A stretch of DNA of 64,000 nt from Octopus sinensis (lineage: Eukaryota): positions 1,573 through 65,572 of the forward strand of contig NW_021831861.1 of assembly GCF_006345805.1 (NCBI RefSeq). Reading direction: 5' to 3'. Positions 27,846 to 41,588 of the stretch are shown piece after piece. A program made the position numbers and the translations under genes. The notes under the pieces were generated by a model. It was not told the DNA's origin. It searched no databases and worked only from the letters and a program-made list of their open reading frames with translations. Position 1 is the first letter of the stretch. The number at the start of each line of letters is the position of its first letter.

Positions 27846-28475
27846 CTGTGTTTTGTTTAGCCCAGAGTTGCCTCTGATGTAGCAGACGTATCACAGTTTT
27901 TTTTCTTTCTGAAATACTGTAAATTTGTGTCTTTCTTTTGACGAAAGGTTGTACTTTAAGAGAGATTTGACTGCTATTTGTAATATCTCAAGCTACCACA
28001 AAGACACCTGTGTGTGTGTATGTGTGTTTTGTTGTGGTGAAAAGTACATGTTCTCAGAATGATATGCACACTAATTTTTAAAGAAATCTGGACATCCTTC
28101 TTGCTGCTAACCATTCAACTACAAATTACAATTGTTAATTGTTGGAAGTCAAGTAGACTGCGATGTACACTTAGTGTTATCGTACAGAGCTGAACTTGTG
28201 GTTAGTAATCCGTAACCTTAAATTTGAAGCCATTAAGTCTTTAAATAATATTTTACTGGGTCTAGTCACTTGACTGTCGCCATGATGGAATATCACCCCC
28301 AAAAATTTAATTGATCATACGGACCTCTGTACGTATTTCAGTCCGGCATTTATTTTTACAGATCTCTGTTTGATGAACTACTAACTTTGAGACATAGTAG
28401 GACACAATACGCCGGGGGCACTGTATATAGTATATATATATTACATAACATATATATAATTTATATATATATTAT

Positions 28476-28513
<38 letters not shown>

Positions 28514-28887
28514 CATACATGTATATGTCACACACATACACACACACGCGCACACACACACATACACACATGCACACACACACACACAACACACACACAT
28601 GCACACACACACCCATATATATATATATATATATATATATACATTCATAACCAAACCCGAAAGGCTTGTTTATAGATATTAAAGCGTTCATTTGTGGATT
28701 TGCGGGTTCGATTCTGCCTGAGGCTAGCTCATCATTTTTCGTCCATTTGTTTGTATTTAAAAATTGTCGCTTCAAAGCATAGAATAAATATCATGATATA
28801 TTATCATACAGTTTTATATCTTTGTGTATGTGTGTGTGTGTTATATATGTATATATAGAAAAATACATACATCAGTGCCTACATAAA

Positions 28888-28918
<31 letters not shown>

Positions 28919-29565
28919 TTACACAGAAAGCACACAAACCAGTAATGCATGCAAAAGACACTTTATATCATACACATGTGTACTGATATCCCGTCCAACA
29001 ATTGTCTTCAATTACCCCAGTGGTCTTGTGCTATGCCCAAGATTACCACTATTATTCTTAAGCGAATTTCCTCAATTTTCCTCCTCCCTTCCCCACCTAA
29101 ACCACTTCAGCTGTCTGGTATTCTATAAAGTCGGTGTTACTGTTGCTCTGTAGCTTATATGCGAAGGTATTTGGCGACAGCATGCGGCTGTAGTGTTTAT
29201 TTACGTATCAAAGCTTTTCCTCGACACGGGAACGTTTGTGCAAACAAACACCGTCTCACGTTTCGCACGTCCAGTACAATTGCCACCCACTTTCATATTG
29301 TTATGAAGCTTTAGTTCACTTGACTGGCTGGTCCTTTCTAGGCAAATGAGTTTACAATGTATGCAATGAGTAGAACTACGATGTTGTGAACCGCGGTTTC
29401 ACGTAGTGAGTTGCAGTGTCGAGATGAACACTTCGCTGAGAGACCATGTCGTAAAATCATTATGAGAGTGTCTTTTCAAATACATATGAATGTAGATTTC
29501 GTTAGATTTTTAAAATTTATTTTGGAACATTTACCAAATTGATGGTATGTCCTTTGTGAGGGAAG

Positions 29566-29980
29566 GCAGCGAGCTGGCAGAAACGTTAGCACGCCGGGCG
29601 AAATGCTTAGCGGTATTTCGTCTGCCGTTACGTTCTGAGTTCAAATTCTGCCATGGTCGACTTTGCCTTTCATCCTTTCGGGGTCGATGAAATAAGTACC
29701 AGTTACGCACTGTGGTCGATGTAATCGACTTAATCCGTTTGTCTGTCCTTGTTTGTCCTCTCTGTGTTTAGCCCCTTGTGGGTTGTAAAGAAATAGGTAT
29801 TTCGTCTGCCGTTACGTTCTGAGTTCAAATTCCGCCGAGGTCGACTTTGCCTTTCACCCTTTCGTGGTCGATAAACTAAGTACCAGTTACGGACTGGGGT
29901 CGATATAATCGACTTAATCCGTTTGTCTGTCCTTGTTTTTTCGCTCTGTGTTTAGCCCCTTGTGGGTAGTAAAGATATAG
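29566..29980 (+). mobile_element. SINE family B dimer
   Basis: One head and two bodies. Confidence 0.8.
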
Positions 29981-30329
29981 GTATGTGCTTTGTGTGTGTG
30001 TGTGGGGGGATATTGAGAAAAATTTGAAAGTGCGTCAGGTTTTTATACACGTATATTTTTTGTGTATTTAAAATAAGTTTAACTGTGTAACATAAGAAGA
30101 AAATATTCTTTACGTTTACTCTTTTACTTGTTTCAGTCATTTGACTGTAGCCATGCTAGAGCACCGCCTTTAGTCGAGAAAATCGATCCCTGGACTTATC
30201 CCTTGGAAGCCTAGTACTTATTCTATCGGTCTCTTTTGCCGGACCGCTATGTTACGGGGGACGTAAACACGCCACGCAGCCATTTCCAATAAAGTATGTA
30301 TATATATATATATATATATTATATATTAT

Positions 30330-32165
30330 GTGAAATAGAAAGATGAATAATCTTGTAGCAGATTAATCAAAAGTTTAACCGATATCTTGGTAGCAAAAAT
30401 CACACCAGAAGACAGCACGGTTGGAGGTACAACCATATGGTGTTGCAACCGTGCGTTGGTGCGGATAATTGAAATTAAAATATTATTGGTGAATGAAGAA
30501 GAAATGGAGCTGAACGAAGATTGAACAGAAATCGTTTTATTTCATTCTACACGTGTTTCGAAAGGCACAATTTACCAAAATCCGATTGAATAATGAGACC
30601 ATATTGTGTCTTTCTCTTTAAGGAAAATAGGAAATCCGTTGGAAAAAACAAAAACAGAACAGAGGCGGAGCCAAAAAATCGAACTAGGCTCCTAAGAGCC
30701 CATGGCAAAACTGTTTATCAGTGTATGTTGAGAACGGTGGTTGAAGATTTTAACGGTCAGGCAGCGGTCATTCCTGTGGGTGAGGGTGTGTAGATGTTCT
30801 TTGTGACCGAGAATAAAGTTCTGACTATTTAAGGAATATTGGATGTTTATAAGGGGCGAGAAAAAATCTACTTAGAGACATGTGTGTGTTACTGTTCTAT
30901 ATATGTGTGCTGGCGCAGGTTGGCAAGACCTCCGTCAAGGGGTAGAAAACATTTTTTGTGTACGTGTGTGCGTTTGATCGCTCGGCTGTCAGTGGTTAAG
31001 CCGCTCTACACAATGGCTACTGCAGTAAGAACCGTTGGGTGGCAGAAAAAAATATATTATGTTTTATGTGTGCGTGTGTTCGTCTGAACCTGCCTTGTCA
31101 AGGAAACCCCCCGTCGTCAAAAAACAAAGCCCCGTTTATCTTACAGGAGTAATTCCCCTTGCAGTGGTTAATCGTAATTATCTTAAAGGCTATTTCAGAA
31201 TTTGTTACCAAGGGCTATGGGTGCAGGTATTATTTATAAACGCTATTTAAAAGCCAGATAAGTGTAACGCCGCCAATGGGGGCATCGAAAAGCCGACTGT
31301 AAAAGTCCGTTTACCATCCGGCCTCTGGCGAACAAAATATGGAAGAGTTCGGAGACACAAAGGTTGCACTTCCTTCTGCCCCTATCAAATGGGAGGGCCA
31401 CCGACAAAATTGACCATTCAGCCTGTAGCTGAGTTCGTATCCTTCAATCGCCATATTAGCTTGCTGAGTCCCGTGGTCTGGCGTTGTTCATGTCCGAAAA
31501 GTTGCGTAATGATTGGAGATTCGCAAAGCCAATCTTGACGATGAGGCCCCTACATAAGTGTAGACATCTGAGTCCGTGTAAACCTGCATTGGTAGACGGC
31601 GTTTCTGATCTTGGAGTTCGCCGACGTGAATCTTATTCTGCTAGATTAGTTTCTGAAATTAGAACTGCGTTCCAGTCACTATATTGTTACGAGAACTGCA
31701 GCCGCTTACTACTTTATTTTCCACTACGTCACTATTAACTAACGGAATAACCCCTGATTCTCCACTATCTATCAGAGTGCTGTCATTGCTAGTGCCCGTG
31801 GTGCTGCTATTGCGGGAAATGATGCTGGGGTTGCTATTGGGGCTCTCTACCCTACTCCCATTGTTACCGTCAACCACAACACCCCTAGTTATAACTATAC
31901 CTCTAGTGTGTACTCCCTGGCTGGAGCTGAGGATTATGTGTCCTGTATGGCTCTCATATCATATTACTACGAAATTATTCCTACTGAGCATTAACAGGGA
32001 GCGGAGAGGTGTGCCTCCGGAAAAAGGTGATGTGATAGGGACTTAGTAGTAGCCTATATTGTCTGTTACGGTCTTAGCATGATTTGAGAAGACACTGACA
32101 TACTTCAAATTAGTGGAAGGCTTATGGTAAGGGCAGTATGAGTCGCTATTAAGGTTAAGTGTAAC
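30330..32165 (-). mobile_element. 5'-truncated Penelope-like retroelement: RT-thumb fragment, S/N-rich linker, GIY-YIG endonuclease, long 3' region with hammerhead
   Basis: Minus strand 32165-32050 gives VTLNLNSDSYCPYHKPSTNLKYVSVFSNHAKTV, resembling the PLE RT C-terminal Y.KP...Y....SNH motif. The endonuclease C-terminus reads GRMVNGLLQSAFRCPHWRRY. (TA)n lies at the 3' end. Confidence 0.8.
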
Positions 32166-32203
32166 GTACACACTAGGGGAGTATAGTTATATATAGGGGT
32201 GTT

Positions 32204-32842
32204 GTGGTTGACGGTAACAATGGGAGTAGGGTAGAGAGCCCCAATAGCAACCCCAGCATCATTTCCCGCAATAGCAGCACCACGGGCACTAGCAATGATA
32301 GCACTCTGATAGATAGTGGAGAATCAGGGGTTATTCCGTTAGTTAATAGTGACGTAGTGGAAAATAAAGTAGTAAGCGGCTGCAGTTCTCGTAACAAATA
32401 TAGTGACAGGAACGCAGTTCTAATTTCAGAAACTAATCCTAGCAGAATAAGATTCACGTCGGCGAACTCCAAGATCAGAAACGCCGTCTACCAATGCAAG
32501 GTTTACACGGACTCATATGTCTACACTTATGTAGGGGCCTCATCGTCAAGATTGGCTTTGCGAATCTCCAATCATTACGCAACTTTTCGGGACATGAACA
32601 AACGCCAGACCACGGGACTCAGCAAGCTAATATGGCGATTGAAGGATACGAACTCAAGCTACAGGTTGGAATGGTCAATTTTGTCGGTGGCCCCCCATTT
32701 GATAGGGGCAGAAGGAAGTGCAACCTTTGTGTCTCCGAACTCTTCCATATTTTGTTCGCCAGAGGCCGGATGGTAACGGACTTTTACAGTCGGCTTTTCG
32801 ATGCCCCCATTGGCGCGTTACACTTATCTGGCTTTTAAATAG
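32204..32842 (+). pseudogene. PLE GIY-YIG endonuclease domain (frameshifted as assembled)
   Basis: NAVYQCKVYTDSYVYTYVGASSSRLALRISNHYATFRDMNKRQTTGLSKLIWRLKDTNSSYRLEWSILSVAP/PFDRGRRKCNLCVSELFHILF. AVY...YVG motif, conserved Arg and Glu, CxxC. Confidence 0.85.
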
Positions 32843-33454
32843 CGTTTATAAATAATACCTGCACCCATAGCCCTTGGTAACAAATTCTGAAATAGCCTTT
32901 AAGATATTACGATTAACCACTGCAAGGGGAATTACTCCTGTAAGATAAACGGGGCTTTGTTTTTTGACGACGGGGGGTTCCTTGACAAGGCAGGTTCAGA
33001 CGAACACACGCACACATAAAACATAATATATTTTTTTCTGCCACCCAACGGTTCTTACTGCAGTAGCCATTGTGTAGAGCGGCTTAACCACTGACAGCCG
33101 AGCGATCAACGCACACACGTACACAAAAAATGTTTTCTACCTCTTGACGGAGGTCTTGCCAACCTGCGCCAGCACACATATATAGAACAGTAAACACACA
33201 CATGTCTCTAAGTAGATTTTTCTCGCCCCTTATAAAACATCCAATATTCCTTAAATAGTCAGAACTTTATTCTCGGTCACAAAGAACATCTACACACCCT
33301 CACCCACAGGAATGACCGAGCCTGACCCGTTAAAATCTTCAACCACGGTTCTCAACATACACTGATAAACAGTTTTGCCATGGGCTCTTAGGAGCCTAGT
33401 TCGATTTGTTTTGCTCCGCCTCTGTTCTGTTTTTGTTTTTTCCAACGGATTTCC

Positions 33455-33547
33455 TATTTCTTCCTGAAGAGAAAGACACAATATGGTCTCATTATTCAAT
33501 CGGATTTTGGTAAATTGTGCCTTTCGAAAACCGTGTAGAATGAAATA
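33455..33547 (+). ncRNA. Type I hammerhead ribozyme in the PLE 3' region (family H4); mirror copy on the minus strand at 30538-30629
   Basis: UAUUUCUUC-CUGAAGA-GAAAGACACAA...UUGUGCCUUUC-GAAA-ACCGUG-UA-GAAUGAAAUA. Stem I has 9 bp with one bulge and stem II 10 of 11 bp. The mirror copy has a perfect palindromic stem III ACACGUGU. AAUAAA follows. Confidence 0.75.
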
Positions 33548-33593
33548 AAACGATTTCTGTTCAATCTTCGTTCAGCTCCATTTCTTCAATTCA

Positions 33594-33665
<72 letters not shown>

Positions 33666-34144
33666 TTATATATATATATATAATATAATATGATATATAT
33701 AACGACTACATGTACAATTCATTTACGACAATCACATGATGTCACACACACACACCACACACACACATCTATATATGCATACATAAATACACACATACTT
33801 ATATACATACATATACATGATGGGCTTCCATGCAGTTTCTGTGTACCAGATTAGTTCACAAAGCTTTTGTCGGTCCAGGGCTATAGTAGAAGACACTTGC
33901 CCAAGATGTCACACTGTTGGACTGAGCTCGTAACCATACTGGCATGTAGGTATATATGTATGTATGCATGTATGTGTGTATGTATGTACGTATGTATGTA
34001 TGTATGTATGTATGTATGTATGTATGTATGTATTTGTGTATGTAGTGTGTGTATGTATATGAATATGTATTCTATATATATATATATAATAGAGAGAGAG
34101 AGAGAGAAAGAGAGAGATACAGACAGACAGACAGAGATAGATAG

Positions 34145-34232
<88 letters not shown>

Positions 34233-35689
34233 GGATGTGAATTCGGAATCGCCTGCTGCAAAGCGAGCTTCTTAAAAGCAAGGCCATGCTTGCTCATAAA
34301 AACCATACGCATTTCTATATCTCTAAAAATATGATCCAAATAAGAAAACAAAGACTTTGGTACATATTTAATGACCAGTTACAATTGTTTCTGCACCAAC
34401 TATGCTTTCAGTGCCAGTTCACGCGAAAGTTCCAGTGGAAATTTATTTAATATTTGCTGTTTTTAAACATCGGAGTGGCACTACTTCAGACCTGCATTTA
34501 CTGTGCGCTCTTACATTGTGCGTCTGTCAGATATAAACATCAAGTAAAAATTACGTTTTGGCTGACATTTTTTTGTTTTAATTTCTCATACAGAAATTAT
34601 TTATGGCAACAAAGGAAGAAAAAAGAAACAGAACTAGAAGAAAAACTAATGTATATTATCAAATTTGTGTTTGCAATACCGGTCGTGATACCGAGCACCC
34701 GATCAGGAGGGTTTAACAACAAAGACAAATATAATTAGCTTTTAGTATATCATCGCACTAATCATTGTCTTTAGAAAAAAAGAATCTTCAAAAGCATTCT
34801 GAGATTCCTGATAAACCGTTGCTAACTGCTGTCAGAGATAAGGAGACGAGACAGAGCTGCACGAATTAAAGGGTCTGTGAGGAACAGTTGCTAACTGTTG
34901 TCAGATTTGGAGAAGTGATACCGACCTGCTTTAATTCTACAATATGTATTGGCAACGTTTCAACTCATGAAATACGATGCGATTTTAAAAGTAGCAGTGA
35001 TAACCTTGTCTTTCTTCGTGATAAAATTTAGTCTTTAATGTGTCTAACTAAGTGCATGTGTTAATTACGTAGACAGCTTAAAGACCATTGCAAAAGTTTG
35101 TATATGAATATATTAGGGGATACATATCCCCTCTCACACATGTATTTCATTATTGAGTTTTATTTCAAGGTATCTTGCCAACAGAGAAAGAGCCGGTTTC
35201 TAACCTAAATCCAATTTCAACATCAGCAGGGTATTTTTGCATACATGTGCAGTATTTGGAGATATTGCATGTGCATAATTGTATGCTTTTTCTTGTTTGT
35301 GTGTGTGTGGTGGGTGTGTGTGTGTGTGTGTGTGTGTGTGATTACTCAGTTTTATTTCAAGATTTTTTGTCAACTGCGAAAGAATCAGTTTCTAACGTCT
35401 TTGGAAATGATAACAATTCTGTAATCTCGCCGCCTTAATAATAATAATAATAATAATAACTCGTTCACAAGGCCCGAAATTTGGGGGATAGGAAGGACTA
35501 GTCGATTACATCGACCCCAGTGTTTCACTGGTATTTAATTCATCGACTTTGACAGGATGAAAAGCAAAGTCGACCTCGGCGGAATTTGAACTCAGAACGT
35601 AATGGCAAACGAAATACCGGTAAGCACTTCGCCCGGCGTGCTAACGATTCTGCCAACTCACCGCCTTAATAATAATAATTATTATTATT

Positions 35690-36108
35690 GAGTGAGAGAG
35701 CAGTGCATGCCATCAAAGTGACACTGGGGTAAAATATACGAAGCCCAATATACCCATCATGACTACCCGTCTGATAAAGGTACACCAGGCACATGCATCA
35801 CAACCATATGTGCGCGACATGGTGATGACTTTGCAGGTGGGGCCCAGTTAGAATTTTCTTCAGGTTGAGTAGCCCATCCCGCTCAAACGGTCCCTGAATA
35901 AGGGTTGTTTAAGGATGTTGAAAGAACCACCCATGTTTCCAGAGGTGAATCATTCAAACCCCAAAGAATCCCTCTCAACACATGGCTATGATGCTCCCCC
36001 ACTACTTCTGCTCGTGATCAGAGATGCACGTATTGTCAGCCACTAAGGGACATGCTCAACTGGTTATGGTCAAACAACTGACAAGCAAATCTGTGGTATT
36101 AAGCAGAA

Positions 36109-36110
<2 letters not shown>
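35690..36110. mobile_element. Interspersed repeat embedded in (ATT)n; a longer copy lies at 58855-59410
   Basis: Two highly similar copies beginning gagtgagagag.agtgcatgccatcaaagtgacactgggg, both flanked by trinucleotide repeats. Class not identified. Confidence 0.75.
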
Positions 36111-36166
<56 letters not shown>

Positions 36167-36341
36167 AAAACAACAACAACAACAATTATAATAATAATTC
36201 TATTAATTAAAACTATAATTTTTCACATTTTTACTCTAGTTAATCAAACTGCATAATAACGATTGCGCCCATCGAAATGATGTGTTTCCAATTAACTTAC
36301 TAAATTAAATTAATTAATTACTTCCTTTTCTTATTCTTCAG

Positions 36342-36374
36342 GCAGCAAATTCAGCAAAGACCCACGGAAAGCCG
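36342..36374 (+). CDS. Neto: Neto-like gene, 33-nt linker mini-exon between CUB1 and CUB2 (S-SKFSKDPRKA-V)
   Basis: Polypyrimidine tract cttccttttcttattcttcag, donor ccg|gtaagt, phase 1/1, open frame. It supplies the inter-CUB linker missing between the flanking exons. Absent from the ORF track. Confidence 0.7.
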
Positions 36375-38159
36375 GTAAGTAGATTTCATTAACAGATTTC
36401 TCGAAAATACATCATTTGGAACCGCTGAGTAGATAGACTTTCACAAATGGGTCCGAGAGGTCGTGAGTTCGCATTCGCTCATTGGCACACAACGTTTTTA
36501 TTTTTTTTCTATGTCTCGTACATAGATATTGATTTCGCAGCGACTAAGTCGATATTGGTTTCAAATAATGGCACGAGATCAGCAACTTCGGGGACTGGGG
36601 GTGGTGGTGATGGTGGATGCAAGATTATTTACATCTACCCTAGTATTTGTCTGGTACTTATTTTATTGTCAGGGTCCCAGCTATGAGTTAAACAACCAGC
36701 TCAACCCTCACAGGCTTGTTAGTATCCTGGGAAAGGAAAAGTCTAGAGGAGTCAACCTCGACAGCAAATCAAGGAGTGTAGACCCTCCGGCGGTTCGGTG
36801 CCCTCTTTGACATCCTTTTGGCGTATCTAGAAACTCTTCAGCTCGTTCTCCAGCCCTGCAAGACAATTCATCTTAGCGAAGGCCTCTCTAGTGTAAAACC
36901 CACGGCTCGTTGGTCACCGCTGCTGTCTTTTCCCGCTGACCCATTGTGGTCAGACTTCCAAATCTAAAGAGTGTGATCGAGTTGCGCAGACTGATTCTTA
37001 TATTAGAACTATTAAAGCACAGGCAGGAAGAGAAACCCTGAAGCACCAAGGGTCGATTTGCATAGCCCCTTGAGGGCATGCTGTTCTCCTTAATGATCTT
37101 TGGATTCGAACAATCTGCTATCATATAATAGAGCCAGGCGGTGAGCTGTCAGAGTCGTTAGTACGTCGGTCGATATGTTTAGAGCGATTTCTTCCGGTTC
37201 TTTACGTTCTGAGTTCATATCCCGTCGAAGGTGACTTTGATTTTCATCCTTTCGGCATCAATGATACCAGTAAAGTACTGGGGTCGATATAATCGAACTG
37301 ACCCCGATCTTAAAATTGCTGGCTCTGTACCAAAAATTTGATATGGTAAAGTAGCTCAGTGGTGAGTCAGCTGAGCCCAACTCTAATATGGACTGCGGCC
37401 ATGCTGGGGTACACCCTTGAAAGGTTTTTATTCTATGAAATCGACCACATTAATTATTCTGCGTCTGATATTTATTCTGTTTATCTCTTTTCCCGAACGG
37501 CTAAGTTACGGCGATGTAAACAAACCTACACCGGTTGAGAAATGAGAAATGCTAAGAGACACGCATCAACACATATGCACACACGCTCGTACATTCGTAT
37601 CAGATTCACTCACATGACGTTAGTCGTCCTACGGCTAAAGTAGAAGGTACTTGCTCAAGATGCCGTGCAGCGAGACTGAAACCTTAACCATGTCGCTGTG
37701 ATGCGAATTTCATATTGGCGTGTGTGTGTGTGTGTGTGTGTGTGTATACATGTATGTATGTATGTATGTATGTATGTATGTATGTATGTATGTATGTGTG
37801 TATGTATGTATGTATGTATGTGTGTGTGTATGTATGTATGTATGTATGTGTATGTATGTATGTATGTATGTATGTATGTGTATGTATGTTGTGTGTATGC
37901 ATGTATGTATTATGTATGTATGTATGTATGTATGTATGTGTGTGTATGTATGTATGTATGTGTATGTATGTGTGTGTGTATGCATGTATTTATTATGTAT
38001 GTATGTGTGTCTGTATGTGTGTGTATGTATGTATGTATGTATGTATGTGTATGTATGTATGTATGTGTGTGTGTTTGTATGTAAGCACTGGGGTCGGTGT
38101 AATAGACTTATACTCTCCCAGGCTTTGTGCTCAAATTTGAAACCATTATTATAATTATC

Positions 38160-38190
<31 letters not shown>

Positions 38191-38341
38191 TGGTGGTGGT
38201 GGTGGTGGTAGTGGTGGTAGTAGTAGTGGTGGTGGTGGTAGTAGCAGTGGTAGTAGTGGTGGTGGTAGTTGTAGTAGTAGTAGTAGTAGTAGTTAGTAGT
38301 AGTAGTGGTGTGGTAGTAGTAGTAGTAGTAGTAGTGGTGTG

Positions 38342-38383
<42 letters not shown>

Positions 38384-38480
38384 ACTGTAGTAGTAGTGGT
38401 GGTGGTTATGGTGGTGGTTGTAGTAGTAGTGGTAGTAGTAGTATTAACAGTAGTAGTAGTGGTAGTAGTAGTAGTAGTAC
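38160..38480. repeat. (GTA)n/(GTG)n trinucleotide microsatellite
   Basis: Directly visible. Confidence 0.95.
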
Positions 38481-40047
38481 CACCACTCCATGTAGAAAGA
38501 AGAGTGAATTGTAACAGAGAGGAAACGAAAACGTATTTCTTTTCGAATATCTCATTCAAAGAACTTGTTCTTAGACCGTATCTGGAAATCGCTTCCAAAA
38601 TAGCAAAAGAAAAAGAAAAAAAACGAAAAACGGTTTATCATGTGCAGACATTTTAAAACATTAATTTTTGTGTTTACATTTAACCTTAAAATGCTAACCA
38701 CAACTCAGCGGAATTGAAAATAGCAGCAAAAAAGAAAAAAAAAGGAAAGCAGGAATAAGAAAGCCTATTTAATCACCCAACAAAATATAAACATTTTTCT
38801 AAGGAAAAATAATAATTTATTGGCAGAAAGCAAAAACACTAAAATAGATGTTTGTAACGATTTAGCAAAAGGCAGTGAGCTGGTAGAAACGTTAGCACGC
38901 CGTGCGAAATGCTTAGCGGTATTTCGTCTGCCGTTACGTTCTGAGTTCGAATTCCGCCGAGGTCGACTTTGCCTTTCATCCTTTCGGGGTCGATTAAATA
39001 GGTACCAGTTACGCAGTAGGGTCGATATAATCGATTTAATCCGTTTGTCTGTCTTTGTTTGTCCTCTCCGTGTTTAGCCCCTTGTGAGTGGTAAAGAAAT
39101 AGGTATTTCGTCTGTGGTTACGTTCAAATTCCGTCGAGGTCGACTTTGCCTTTCATTCGTTTGGGGTCGATGAAATAAGTACCAGTTACGCATTGGGGTC
39201 GATATAATCGACTAACCTCCCCCCCCCTGCCCGAACATTTCAGACCTTGTGCCTATAGTAGAAAAAATTATTATTAAAGCGGCAAAAGCAGCGAGCTGAT
39301 ATAGTCGTTAGCATGCCGGTTTTTCGTCCGTCTTTATGTTCTGAGTTCAAAATCAGTCCGAGGTCAACTTTGCTTTCATCCTTTCGTGACCGATATTATA
39401 AAATAACAGTTAAGAACAAGGGCCCGATGTAATCGATTATTACCCTTACCAAAATCCCAGGACTTGTGCCTAGAATAAAAAGGGTTACCACCATTTTAAG
39501 GCAACGTGCTGGCAGAATCATTAGTACGTTGGACAAAACGCTTGGGGGGAAAAGATTATTGTTATTATTAAAGTGGCGATCTGGCAGAATCGTTAGCCCG
39601 CTGTAGTTTATAGTTGGTTGTTTTTGCAGTCGTAGTGTTGTATCAATGTTTTTTAACTCTTTGTAAATTGTTTTTGCGCTGCTTTGCAGAGGGGTTTTTT
39701 TTTGTTTGTTTTTTTGTTTTTTTGCGAGACTTTCTCTCCGCTTTAAGGAGAGTTAGCCAGGATAATGACAAAAAGTATTGGGTTATCCGGAAAGTTCGTG
39801 CCGATTTATAGTAGCTTATCTTTCGGCTTTTTTATATTTGGATATTACACCCTTTTGGATTTGAGTCACAATTGTAAGCCTAGTCTTAATCAATATTTTC
39901 TAAGTCCACCTATCTTCCTTTTTCTTTCGTCACTTTTACAAAGTTCTTTTTACCTAATACTCTGACCATCTTATTCACCGCCATTATCAGTTCTTCCTCT
40001 GAAGAGAACAACAATTCAGTGTCACTAAGGTGTAAGTAAAACATTTT

Positions 40048-40540
40048 ATTGGGTTGTCCGGAAAGTTCGCAGCTGATTTTTAAAGGAAAGAAAAAAGGTC
40101 AATAAATACTTGCCATTACATTTTTAATCAACGAAATATGAACCATTTTGTTGCACAATGCGCCTCTATCTTTCCTTGAAAATACCCTCTTCTCAGAATT
40201 GAGGTGGTTTCATGGCAAAGAATTCATCAAGGTATCTTTTTACGTCATCCAAGGAATTGAAATTTTTACCATTAAAGACTATTCTGCAGAGACCTGAATA
40301 AGTGGAAATCCAAAGGAGCAATATCTGGTGAATATGGAGGGTGGGGTTACACATCCCAGCCGATCTGCAGCAATTTTTGTCTGGTTCCCAAAGCATCAAG
40401 TGCCGAAAATGAACTTTCTTATCTTCCATTTTAAAGGGTTACAGAATTAACACAGGTTATAGGAACATAAACCTTCTTCCACGAAAAGATAGCTTATACT
40501 GTATTCTAAATAGAGGTGTAGTCAAATCCTATTTTATGGC
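40048..40540 (-). mobile_element. Internally deleted mariner element; a solo terminal repeat lies at about 39777-39808
   Basis: The N-terminus MEDKKVHFRHLMLWE is joined to the C-terminal PPYSPDIAPLDFHLFRSLQN...GKNFNSLDDVK. Terminal repeat ttgggttgtccggaaagttcg. Confidence 0.75.
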
Positions 40541-40586
40541 CTCAACCATGTACACGGAAACTGAAAGAAGCCTGTCACACACACAC

Positions 40587-40634
<48 letters not shown>

Positions 40635-41514
40635 ATGTGTGTGTGTGTGTGGTGTGTGTGTGGTGTGTGTGTGACCACCGCTTGACGACCGTGACATAAG
40701 CGGTTCCGCAAAAGAAACCGATAGAATAAGTACCAGGTTTAAAAAAAAAGAGATTAAAAGTTCTGGCGTCGATTCAAGGCGGTGCTCCAACATGGCCACA
40801 GTCAAATGACTAAAACAAATAATAGATACATGTAAACACACAAACACACACAAACACACACACACACACACACACACATACACACACGCACACATGCATA
40901 AGCGCGCGCTCATGCACACGCCTGCGCACACGCACAGTTATACCTACCACTTAGACTTGTGTGTTATCAGTAATACGATATTTAAAAAAAATACAGCGAA
41001 TGGTAAATATCTGGTAAATACCATGCCTGACACCGTCCCTAATCGGTGTGACGTAGACACACACATATATTACAGATATAGATACACACACACACGTACA
41101 CATTTAGATATATAAACATACACACATATATAGAGAGAGGAACATATGTATAATAAATACACACATGTTCATATACATACATATATACAAAAATACATGC
41201 CACGCAATAAGATACGTTGCACATATTGTATATAGACAAACGGTACTCACATAACAGCATATGAAAGTGCCTATATATATATATATACACTCACACACAG
41301 ATACAAAGGCACACAGATTACTGACAGACACACATACACACATACATACATATACATACACAGATCCAAGCATACGTTCATACACACAGACATATATATA
41401 GGAATAGGATAGAATAGGATATATATATGTATATATATATGTATATATATATATGTGTGTGTGTGTATGCGTATCTATATATATGTGTGTGTTATGTGTA
41501 TGTATATATATGTG

Positions 41515-41588
<74 letters not shown>

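Larger units (their letters stand above)
32166..33598 (+). mobile_element. Inverted second copy of the same Penelope-like element (right arm of a 3.1-kb palindrome)
   Basis: Reverse complement of about 30485-31913. Ends in (TA)n. Confidence 0.85.

Noticed and set aside
28690-28730. tRNA-like GGTTCGATTC B-box
   Set aside because: No cloverleaf can be built. Like the SINE heads, it is tRNA-derived at most and not a tRNA gene.
31684-32046. Leu-rich ORFs (120 aa here, 99 aa at 32173-32472) resembling membrane proteins
   Set aside because: They are antisense frames of the S/N-rich PLE linker.
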